Positions 55,645 to 64,000 of a stretch of 64,000 nucleotides of DNA are shown one piece after another. The position numbers and the translations under genes are program-made. Positions within the stretch are counted from its first letter, which is position 1. Every line of letters begins with the position of its first letter. The DNA is taken from the NCBI GenBank assembly GCA_963835005.1, contig CAWIEA010000001.1, forward strand, positions 153,291 through 217,290, in the 5' to 3' direction. The notes beneath the pieces are model-generated. The model had not been told where the DNA came from, made no database searches, and was given only the letters and a program-made list of their open reading frames with translations. This DNA is from an uncultured Acidimicrobiia bacterium. Its GTDB lineage: Bacteria > Actinomycetota > Acidimicrobiia > IMCC26256 > JAENVU01.

Positions 55645-56928
55645 ATGCAGCTCGACGACATGATCATCGTCAGTGTCGACGACCACGTCGTGGAACCGCC
55701 CGACCTGTTCGAGCGGCACCTCCCCGCGAAGTACGCCGACATCGCCCCGCACATCGTCCACAAGGACAACGGCACCGACGTGTGGCAGTTCCAGGGGATG
55801 GAGGTGCCGAACATCGGGCTGAACGCGGTGGCCGGGCGTCCGAAGGAGGAGTACGGGATCGACCCGACCTCCTTCGAGGAGATCCGCCCCGGCTGCTTCG
55901 ACGTCGAGAAGCGCATCCTCGACATGAACGCGAACGGCGTGCTCGGGTCGCTCAACTTCCCGAGCCTCCCCGGCTTCGCCGGCCGGCTGTTCGGCGCGCT
56001 CGAGGACAAGGACACGTCCGTCGTCCTCACGCAGGCCTACAACGACTGGCACATCGACGAGTGGTGCGGGTACGCGCCCGAGCGCTTCATCCCGCTCGCG
56101 ATCCCGATGATCTGGGACCCGGTCGCGACCGCGGCCGAGGTCCGGCGGGTGGCGAAGAAGGGCTGCCACTCGATCACGTTCCCGGAGAACCCCGAGCCGC
56201 TCGGCCTGCCGAGCCTGCACTCGGACCACTGGGACCCGGTCTGGCAGGCGTGCTCCGACACGGGGACCATCGTCTGCATGCACATCGGGTCGTCCGGCAA
56301 GCTCGTGATGACCGCGCCCGACGCGCCGATCGACGTGATGATCGTGCTGCAGCCGATGAACATCGTGCAGTGCGCGGCGGACCTCATCCACTCCCCCGTG
56401 TTCCGGAAGTTCCCGGACATGCAGGTCGCGCTCTCCGAGGGTGGCATCGGCTGGATCCCGTACTTCCTCGAGCGCCTCGACCACTCGTACCGCGTGCACA
56501 AGACGTGGACGGGATCGGACTTCGGCAAGAAGATGCCGAGCGAGGTGTTCCTGGAGCACGTCGTGCTCTGCTACATCTCGGACGGCGTCGGGGTGAAGCT
56601 CGCGCGCGACATCGGCGTCGACCGGATCACCGTCGAGATCGACTACCCGCACTCCGACACGATCTGGCCCGAGGCGCCGGAGCGGATGAAGGCGGAGTTC
56701 GACGCAGACCGACCTCACCGACGCGGAGATCAACCAGATCACGCACGAGAACTCGATGGGCTTCTTCAAGTACGACCCGTTCGCGATCCGGCCTCGCGAG
56801 AAGTGCACCGTCGGTGCGCTGCGCTCCGAGGCGGTCGGGTGGGACGTCTCGCCGCAGCCCGCCAAGGGTCGTGCCCCGGTCGAGCGCTCGGGCCCGGTGA
56901 CGGTGAACGACCTCACGGTCACCGCCTG
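55645..56928 (+). pseudogene. Amidohydrolase_2 (ACMSD/LigW-like) family, paralog of 26768..28016; one +1 frameshift near 56708
   Basis: ATG 55645 gives IVSVDDHVVEPPDLFERHLP. Motifs: DMNANGVLGSLNFPS, LSEGGIGW, EIDYPHSDTIWP. After ...MKAEFDA the tail TDLTDAEINQITHENSMGFFKYDPF... reads in the next frame to TGA 56926. Confidence 0.8.
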
Positions 56929-56941
56929 ACCCACCCCCGCA

Positions 56942-56988
56942 CTCTGGTGTCACTCGCATGCCGCTGAGGTGGTGCGAGCGAGACCAAG
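56942..56988. terminator. Imperfect hairpin between convergent genes (weak relative of the TTTCGGTG elements)
   Basis: CTCTGGTGTCACTCGCA-(14 nt)-TGCGAGCGAGACCAAG. About 14 of 16 positions pair, with one bulge. Confidence 0.45.
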
Positions 56989-57000
56989 ACCTGTCGGCGA

Positions 57001-58226
57001 TCAGCCCGGTGGGATGGCCGCCGCGACCGAGGGGTCCGGCGCCGGCAGGCCCTGCTGCTCGTACGCGTGCGCCCGGGCGAGCTTCGCCTTCACGAGCGCG
57101 CTCGTCACGACGTAGGGCTTCAGCGCGGCGGCGAGCTGCGCGTCGGTGTGCAGCCCGGCCGCGCCCGCGTCACTGCAGAGCTTGCGGGCGGCACCGAGGG
57201 TGGCGTCGTAGAGGTTCTGCGGGTCGAGCTTGCCGTCGCCGTTGCCGTCCGAGGCCCAGCGCTGCCACGTGCCCGGGGTGAACTGCATCGCGCCGACGGC
57301 CCGGTCCCAGACCGGGTCGGTGTCGAGCAGCCCGTGGTCGCTGTCGACCACCGGCTGCGTGTCGTGGGTGCCGTCGAGCGGGATCCCGATGATCGGCGGG
57401 AAGACGTCACCGTGGACGTCGGCCCGCGCGCCGCCGTGGGTGCCGTGGCCGGACTCGCCGTCCGCGATCCCGGCGAGCAGCCACCACTCGATCCCGCACG
57501 TCGGCTGCAGCACGGCGAGGGTCCGCTCGGCTCGGAGGTACGCGTCGAGCGCGGCAACCGGGATGCCGAGACCCGCGACCTTGCGCGCGGGGAGATCGCT
57601 CGCCGCCTGGGCGAGACGCGCGTCGACCTCGCGCTCAGCGATCGGCAGCTCCGGCGCGAGCTCGGCGAGCCGCTGCTCGACCTGGCTCGTCTCGATCGCG
57701 GTCTTCTCGCCCGCCTTCGTCGCGCGCCGGCGGGCGTCCTTCGCCTCCTGGGAGATCGCGCGCAGCGACGTCCCCGCCTGCCCGGCCAGCTTCATGCGCC
57801 GGCTGAGGTCGAGCATGTCGTTCGACGGGAGCACCGCGAGCAGCTCGTCGCTCGCGCCCTTGTAGGCCGCCGCGGCGACGCGGTCGACCATCGCCTGGGT
57901 GCGCTCGAGCGTCGGCCTGCGCCTGCGCGTTGCGCCGCGGTCAGCTCGAGCGATCGCGCCGCGAGCTGCGTCGTGCCGGGCGTCGAGGTCGCGCTGCTCG
58001 GTCTGGAGCGCGGCGAGCGGGTCTGGGCCGCGGCAAGCTCGGCCGACGCGTCGGCGCCGCCCTTGGCCGGCAGCAGCGGCACGCCCGAGCAGGCGCGCGT
58101 CGATGCCGGGCATGACCGCGCCGGCGTCGGGCGGGACCACCGCCGGTGCCGGGGCCGAGCGTCGGTGTCGGAGCAGGCGCGGCCGGCCACCGGGAGCGCG
58201 GCAGACGGCGAGCGACGCACGAGCAC
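57001..58226 (-). pseudogene. Secreted lytic murein transglycosylase (MltB/SLT_2-like) with N-terminal coiled-coil region; several +1 frameshifts between about 57900 and 58060; 5' end uncertain
   Basis: The C-terminal domain is CGIEWWLLAGIADGESGHG ... AVGAMQFTPGTWQRWASDGNGDGKLDPQNLYDATLGAARKLC. The upstream Ala/Gln/Arg-rich heptad-like sequence (LAALQTEQRDLDARHDAA..., ELTAAQ..., TLERTQAMVDRVAAAAY) is spread over three frames. Confidence 0.65.
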
Positions 58227-58309
58227 GACGGAGGCTCGCCAGGAGCCGGGAGCCCGCCGCGAGCGACGCGAGGGGTGCGAAATCCGCGAACCGGGCGGGT
58301 CGTGCCGTT

Positions 58310-59493
58310 ATGGTCGGAACCGTGGTTCGGTTCGATCCCTTCAGCTACGAGCACCACGAAGACCCCTATCCGACCTACCGGCGGCTGCGGGACGAGGCGC
58401 CGGCGTACCTCGACCCCGACCGGGGGTTCTGGGCGCTGTCGCGCCACGACGACGTCCGGGCCGCCATCGACGACTGGCCTACGTTCTCGTCCCGTGGGGG
58501 CATCACCCTTGAGCGCCGGACCGAGAACGTCGAGCCCATGCTCATCGAGATGGACCCGCCCCGTCACACCGAGCTGCGGGCCCTGGTCAGCCGGGCATTC
58601 ACCCCCAGACGGGTGGCCGACCTCGAGGGGCCGATCCGGGACCTCGCCGAGCGAGCTCTCGGCCGGATTCGTCCCCGGCGCGCGCGTCGACGTCATCGAG
58701 GACTTCGCCGCCAAGCTGCCCATGGCCGTCATCTCGGTGATGCTCGGGGTGCCCCGGGAGGATCAGGACGAGCTCCGTTCGTGGTCGGACGCCATGCTCC
58801 ACCGCGAGGAGGGCAGCGCGGAGCTGACCCCGGCGGGCATCGAGGGGGCGACCCGACTGTACGGCTACTTCACTGACGTGATCGCAGACGCGCCGTCGAA
58901 CTCCGAGTGAAGATCTGGTGGGCGCGCTCGTCGCCGCGCAGGAGGGCGATCGCTCGCTCTCCCCCGCCGAGGTGCTCGGCTTCTGCTTCCTCCTCCTGAT
59001 CGCCGGCAACGAGACCACGACCAAGCTCCTCGGCAACGCGATCTACTGGCTCGCGGCGTTCCCGGACCAGCGGGACCGCGCTGCTGAAGGACCGGACGCT
59101 CGTCCCCGCCGCCGTCGAGGAGACGCTGCGCTTCGACACGTCGACCCAGGCGCTCGCCCGCGAGCTGACCCGCGACGTCGAGCTGCACGGGGTCACGCTG
59201 CCCGCCGGTCGCAAGGGGCTCCTGCTGTTCGGGTCCGCGAACCGCGACGAGCGCCGCTGGGACGATCCCGACCGCTTCGACGTCGACCGCAACCCGGCCG
59301 GGCCACCTCGCGTTCGGGCACGGCATCCACCACTGCCTCGGCGCGCCCCTCGCCCGGCTCGAGACGCGCGTCGCGCTCGAGGTGCTGCTGCCGAAGCTCG
59401 GCGAGTACCACGTCGACCTCGCCAAGCGCGGAGCGCGTGCACTCGGGCAACGTGCGCGGCTTCGCCAATCTCCCGATCGAGATCCCGACATGA
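58310..59493 (+). pseudogene. Cytochrome P450, at least five +1 frameshifts
   Basis: ATG 58310 gives VRFDPFSYEHHEDPYPTYRRLRDEAPAY. Fragments follow in rotating frames: [77 protein letters not shown] (heme loop), and the end ...[11 protein letters not shown]. Confidence 0.75.
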
Positions 59494-60277
59494 GCAAGCC
59501 GGCACGCGCCCGGAAGCAGCGCGACCCGGAGCAGCTGAACCGCGAGTTCTGGGACGACGACGCGGACGACTACCAGGCCGAGCACACGACCCAGCTCGAC
59601 ACCGACGTCATCGGCTGGGGCACCTGGCAGACCTCCCCGAGTCCGACCTGCAGGTGCTCGGCGACGTCCGCGGCCTCGACGTGCTCGAGTACGGCTGCGG
59701 CGCGCGCGCAGCTCGGCGATCAAGCTCGCGCACGCCGGCGCGCGCGTCACCGGGCTCGACCAGTCCCGGAGCCAGCTCCGCCACGCGGCCAGCAGCGTGT
59801 CCGCGCCGCGGGCGTCCCGGTGCAGCTGTGCTGTGCGAGCGCGACCGCGGTCCCGTTCCCGACGCGATCGTTCGACGTCGTCTTCTGCGACCACGGCGCG
59901 ATGAGCTTCTGCGATCCGTACCGCACCGTCCCCGAGGTCGCGCGGCTGCTCCGGCCGGGCGGGCTGTTCGCGTTCAACATCTCGACGCTGCTGCGGAACC
60001 TCTGCTTCCCGCCGGGCGACCCGGACGCGCCGTCACCCGGAAGCTCCACGGCAAGTGGTTCGGCGCGCGCGCCTTCGACTGGGGCGACGGCACCATCGAC
60101 TTCCAGATCCCGCACGGCGAGTGGATCGCCCTGTTCCGCGACCACGGTCTCGTCGTCGAGGACCTGCTCGACCTGCGCCCGGCGAAGGACGCGACCAGCA
60201 CCTACGGCGACTACGTCGACCAGAAGTGGGCCCGGCGCTGGCCGGCCGAGGAGATCTGGCGGGTGCGGAAGCCGTGA
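59490..60277 (+). pseudogene. Class I SAM-dependent methyltransferase, at least four +1 frameshifts
   Basis: ATG 59490 overlaps the P450 TGA (ATGA). Fragments: [14 protein letters not shown] (motif I), [32 protein letters not shown], and the end ...[12 protein letters not shown]. Confidence 0.7.
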
Positions 60278-60803
60278 TCGGGGTCGCCGAGACCGCGCTG
60301 CTCGTGCCCGTCGCGCGAGGCCGAGCCGCTCGTGCGCCACCACCGGCTCGCGCTCGATCCCGTCGCGCCGCTCGGCGTGCCCGCGCACATGACCGTCCTC
60401 TACCCGTTCGTGCCGCCCGACGAGCGTCGACAAGACGGTGTGCGACGCGATCGCCGAAGTGGTCGACCGGCTTCCGGCGTTCGACTTCGCGCTGCGCGGA
60501 GGTGCGCCAGCTTCCCCGACGGCGTCATCTACCTCGCGCCCGAGCCGACCGAGCCCTTCGTCGCGATCACCGCGGCGCTCGTCGAGCGCTGGCCCGACCA
60601 CCCGCCGTACGGCGGCGCGTACGAGGCCGTCGTCCCCCACCTGACTGTGGCCCAGACGAACGGCTCCGCGGACGTCGCCGCGCTCGAGGCCGAGCTCAAC
60701 GGCGGCCTGCCGATCCCGGCGCTCGCGGACGCGGTGTGGCTGATGGAGGGCCAGCCCGAAGGACCGCTGGGCGATCCGGGCCGTCTTCCCGCTGCCGAAG
60801 TAG
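60274..60803 (+). pseudogene. 2H phosphoesterase / 2'-5' RNA ligase (LigT-like) family protein, about three +1 frameshifts
   Basis: GTG 60274 overlaps the upstream TGA (GTGA). Two HxT/S motifs are present ([10 protein letters not shown] and VVPHLTVAQ). The tail RWAIRAVFPLPK ends at TAG 60801. Confidence 0.65.
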
Positions 60804-60806
60804 GAC

Positions 60807-62452
60807 TCAGCGCTTCGCCGACGTCAGCGCTGCTCGAACGTGAAGCCGCTGCGCCTCGCGGTCCCAGGTCGCGCTCGGTCACGCCGTCATCGCGCAGCTC
60901 GTACTTGAGGACCCGGCCGACCGGGTTGCGGGGCAGGTCGTCGCGGAACTCGATGTAGCGCGGCACCGCGAAGTACGGGACCTGGTCGACCGACCACCGG
61001 CACAGCTCCTCCTCGGTGACCGTCACTCCCTCCTGCAGGACGGCGGTGACCTTCACGTCGTCCTCGCCCTGCGCGCTCGCGACCGCGTGGACGGCGACGT
61101 CCTTGATCGCGGGGTGGGCGACGAACGTCCGCTCCATCTCGAAGCTGGAGATGTTCTCGCCCCGCCGGCGCAGGTAGTCCTTCTTGCGGTCGACGAAGTA
61201 GAGGAACCGGTCGTCGTCGACCTTGCCGAGGTCGCCGGTGTGGAACCAGAGGTTGCGGAGCACGTCGACGGTCGCCTCGGGCCGGCGCCAGTAGCCCGCG
61301 AACATCAGGTTCGGGCCCGGTCGGCCGGCAGACGATCTCGCCGATCTCGCCGACCGCGACGTCGCGGTCCTCGTCGTCGACGACGCGCACCTCGAACTCG
61401 TCGTCGTTCAGCCGACCCGCCGCGCCGGGCCGGTTCGGCTCGCCCGCCGGGAGCAGCGAGATCAGCGACGCCTCGGTGAGGCCGTAGCCCGCGCTGAACG
61501 TCGCGCAGCCGAACCGCTCGCGCCAGATGCGGTCGGTGTCCGGCGGCATCGGCGCCGCGGCGCACAGCCGGAGCCGGTGACCCTGCTGCTCGGGGACGTC
61601 GTCCGCGTTCGCGACGAGGATCGCGAGCGAGCCGAGCATCGAGAGCATCGTCGCGTCGGTGCGCTTCACCTCGGTCCAGAAGCGGCTCACCGAGAACTTG
61701 CGGACGATCGCCGCGCTGCCGCCGGTGATCAGCGTCCCGACCACGCACACCGAGATCGCGTTGAAGTGGAAGAGCGGGAGCGGCGTGAGCACGACGTCGT
61801 CGGCGCGTGCGCTGCCAGGCCCGGGCGATCTGCTCGGCCGAGCGCGACCACGTAGTGGTGCGGGAGCATGCAGCCCTTCGACGGGCCGGTCGTGCCGGCG
61901 GTGTAGATGAAGCAGGACAGGTCGGACGGCCGCAGGCCCGGGTCGCGGCGGGGCCTCGTCGCTCCCGGCTGCGAGCAGCGTCGGCCCAGTCGTCGACCGG
62001 GAGGCCGGTGATCGCGGCGTCGCGTCGGCGCCGGCCACGACGACGGCCCGCAGCTCGGGCAGGTCGGTCGGCCGGCGGTCGGCACGAGCTCCGCCATCCG
62101 GCCGGCCAAGCTCGCCCTGGACGACCATGACCCCGGCGCCGGAGTCGGCGAGGACGTGGCGCAGGAACTCGCCCTTGTAGGCGGTGTTGATCGGCACCTG
62201 GATCGCGCCGAGCTTCGCCGCCGCGAAGAAGCTGATCACCTGCTCGGGGGAGTTCTCGAGCAGCGTGGCGACCCGGTCGCCCCGCCCGACGCCGAGGCCG
62301 GCGAGCTGGTGGGCGATGCGGTTCGCGCCTGGTCCATCTCCCGGGCGGTGAGCGCGACCCCGTCGAAGTCGAGGTACGGACCGTCCGGATCCGCGCTGCA
62401 GCCGGGTCGCGAGGGCGTCGAGAACGGTCGTGTCGGCGGGGGAACCGGGCAT
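60807..62452 (-). pseudogene. AMP-dependent acyl-CoA synthetase/ligase, at least six +1 frameshifts
   Basis: ATG 62452 gives MPGSPADTTVLDALATRLQRDPDGPYLDFDG. Fragments: IYTAGTTGPSKGCMLPHHY (frame of ORF 61729..62109), GYGLTEAS, WFHTGDLG, YLRRRGENIS, PRNPVGRVLK. The tail TERDWDREAQRLHV... ends at TGA 60807, 3 nt from the convergent gene. Confidence 0.75.
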
Positions 62453-62456
62453 GCGC

Positions 62457-62472
62457 CTGACACTACCGTCAC
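62457..62472. promoter_or_regulatory. Operator-like palindrome CTGAC-N6-GTCA (site 12)
   Basis: Sequence is CTGACactaccGTCAc. It lies only 5 nt upstream of ATG 62452 (minus strand). This suggests a leaderless or very short-leader transcript. Confidence 0.5.
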
Positions 62473-62630
62473 CTTCGCGCGGCCGATCCGGGAGCGCGAG
62501 CGCCGTCGAGCGGCGATCCGCCGGTCCCCGCCTGGTGACACGGACGGCGCGCGAGCGGGCATCATGGCGGGGCCACGCGGTGTCTGGGCGCGACCACGGT
62601 TGGTGCGGCGGAGTTCGGCTGAGGAGGGGC

Positions 62631-64000
62631 ATGGCCCAGGCAGCGAGCCGACGCCGGCAACGACGGCGTGGCCTCGTCGCGCCCGGTCGAGGTCGACGCC
62701 TACCGCCTCGCGTTCGAGCACGCCCCGATCGGCATCGCGATCCACGACCCGGTCGGCGAGATCGTCGCCGTCAACCGCGCGATGCGGGAGCTGCTCGGCC
62801 GGGAGCACGTCGACCTGGCCGGCGCTGGTCGAGGCGGTCCATCCCGAGGAGCGCATCGGCGCTGCACCGCCAGCTGCAGCGCGCTGATCGCCGGCGAGAC
62901 GCGCGGGACTCGTCGCCGAGCACCGGCTGCGTCCGCCCGGACGGGACGGGCGTGCGCGTGCGGCTGCACGTGACCGCGACCCGCGAGCCACGCGGCACGC
63001 ATCGTGTCGCTCGTGACCCACGCCGTCGACGTCACCGAGCAGCGCGCGCACGCGCAGGAGCTGCTGCACCAGACGCTGCACGACCCGCTGACCGGCCTGC
63101 CGAACCGGACGCTGCTGCGCGACCGGCTCGGCCACGCGCTCGAGCCGGTCCGAGCGGGTCGAGGACTCGAGCGTCGCGCTGCTGTTCCTCGACCTCGACT
63201 ACTTCAAGCTCGTGAACGACTCGCTCGGCCACGCGACCGGCGACGCGATCCTCGTCGAGGCCGCGGCGCGGCTGCGGGCCGCGGTGCGACCGTCGGACAC
63301 CGTCGCCCGGTTCGGCGGCGACGAGTTCGTCGTGTGCTGCGAGGACGTGCGCAGCGGCACCGAGACGATCGCGATGGCCGAGCGCATCCTCGCGACGATG
63401 CGCGAGCCGTTCGTCGCCGGCGGGCAGGAGCTGCGCCTGTCGACGAGCATCGGCATCGCGCTCGCGACCCGGCCGGACGAGACGCCCGAGGAGCTGCTGC
63501 GCGACGCCGACACCGCGCTGTACGTCGCCAAGGGTGACGGGCGCGACCGCTACGAGATCTACGACGACGGGATCCGCAGCCAGCTGCTCGCCCGGGTCGA
63601 GACCGCGGCCGAGCTGCGGCGGGCGGTCGACGCCGAGCGAGCTGCGGCTGCACTTCCAGCCGACGTTCGACGCTCGAGGACCGCACGATCGTCGCGGTCG
63701 AGGCGCTGCTGCGGTGGGAGCACCCCGAGCGCGGGCCTGCTCGCGCCGGACGCGTTCCTCGCGATCGCCGGGCCAGGTGAACCTCGACGTGCGCATCGGC
63801 GACTGGGTGCTGCGCGCCGCCGCCGCGCAGGCCCGCGCGCTGGCGCGACCTGCGTGCCCGTACCAGCGCGCCGCCGGTCTGGGTGAACCTCTCGGCCCGC
63901 CAGCTCACGCAGTCCGGCTTCCCGGACCGGGTCGCGCAGACGTGCTCGACGAGCTCGGGCTGCCCGCGGACGCGCTCGGGTTCGAGGTGCGCGAGTCGGT
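62631..64000 (+). pseudogene. PAS-GGDEF-EAL signalling protein (diguanylate cyclase/phosphodiesterase), many +1 frameshifts; 3' end runs off the window
   Basis: ATG 62631 has a GAGGAGGGG SD. PAS fragments: AYRLAFEHAPIGIAIHDPVGEIVAVNRAM, HPEERIALHRQLQ, DGTGVRVRLHVTA. GGDEF fragments: HDPLTGLPNR, LFLDLDYFKLVNDSLGHATGD, RFGGDEFVV. The EAL domain starts ELRLHFQP, EALLRWEHPERGLLAPDAFL. Confidence 0.75.

Noticed and set aside
36884-56970. Recurring GCTGAG(G)CGA core in hairpin tips (36887, 52291, 56962) and in the 89-bp unit termini as one shared motif
   Set aside because: Only about 8 nt are shared. By a rough composition-based estimate, an 8-mer of this type is expected a couple of times in 128 kb of two-strand sequence, so the link is not supported.
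1-64000. Programmed ribosomal frameshifting to explain the split genes
   Set aside because: Too many unrelated genes are affected. No shared slippery heptamer or downstream structure is present at the junctions. Several genes carry many events within a few hundred bases.
1-64000. Prophage, integrative element, IS or genomic island boundaries
   Set aside because: No integrase, transposase, phage structural gene, tRNA target or long direct repeat was recognised. Gene content is metabolic and envelope-related throughout.

Overview
Very GC-rich, actinobacterial-looking chromosomal segment with about 65 protein genes. I recognised no rRNA, tRNA, CRISPR array, transposase or integrase. Gene content falls into three groups. 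(i) A large set of lipid or sterol-side-chain-type catabolic genes: three acyl-CoA dehydrogenase units including a fused double ACAD, MaoC-type hydratases, two DUF35 OB-fold proteins, an Ltp-type and a classical thiolase, two acyl-CoA synthetases, two P450s, a ferredoxin, three LLM/F420-type oxidoreductases, five SDRs, aldehyde and alcohol dehydrogenases, four amidohydrolases, a thioesterase, a patatin lipase and a sulfotransferase. (ii) Envelope genes: two GT39-like glycosyltransferases, an acyltransferase-3/SGNH fusion, an LCP protein translationally coupled to an ECF sigma factor, and a lytic transglycosylase. (iii) Housekeeping singles: gpmA, Ppx/GppA and a HisN-like phosphatase. The main non-genic signals are as follows. 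Twelve copies of a CTGAC-N6-GTCAG palindrome all sit in promoter gaps, with a local TetR gene as candidate regulator. A perfect 3 x 89-bp tandem array has inverted termini that supply both flanking stop codons. A family of conserved-stem intergenic hairpins is present, and two of them bracket a disrupted DUF559/AbiEi-like gene next to a G11 tract. About 28 genes are interrupted by single extra bases. Every junction I resolved by hand is a +1 insertion, so I read these as consensus or assembly error rather than decay. Coordinates of those genes are hand-joined across frames and are labelled pseudogene only in the as-assembled sense. No clearly novel multi-gene system (defence, secretion, mobile) could be supported. 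The operator regulon and the repeat families are the strongest leads.
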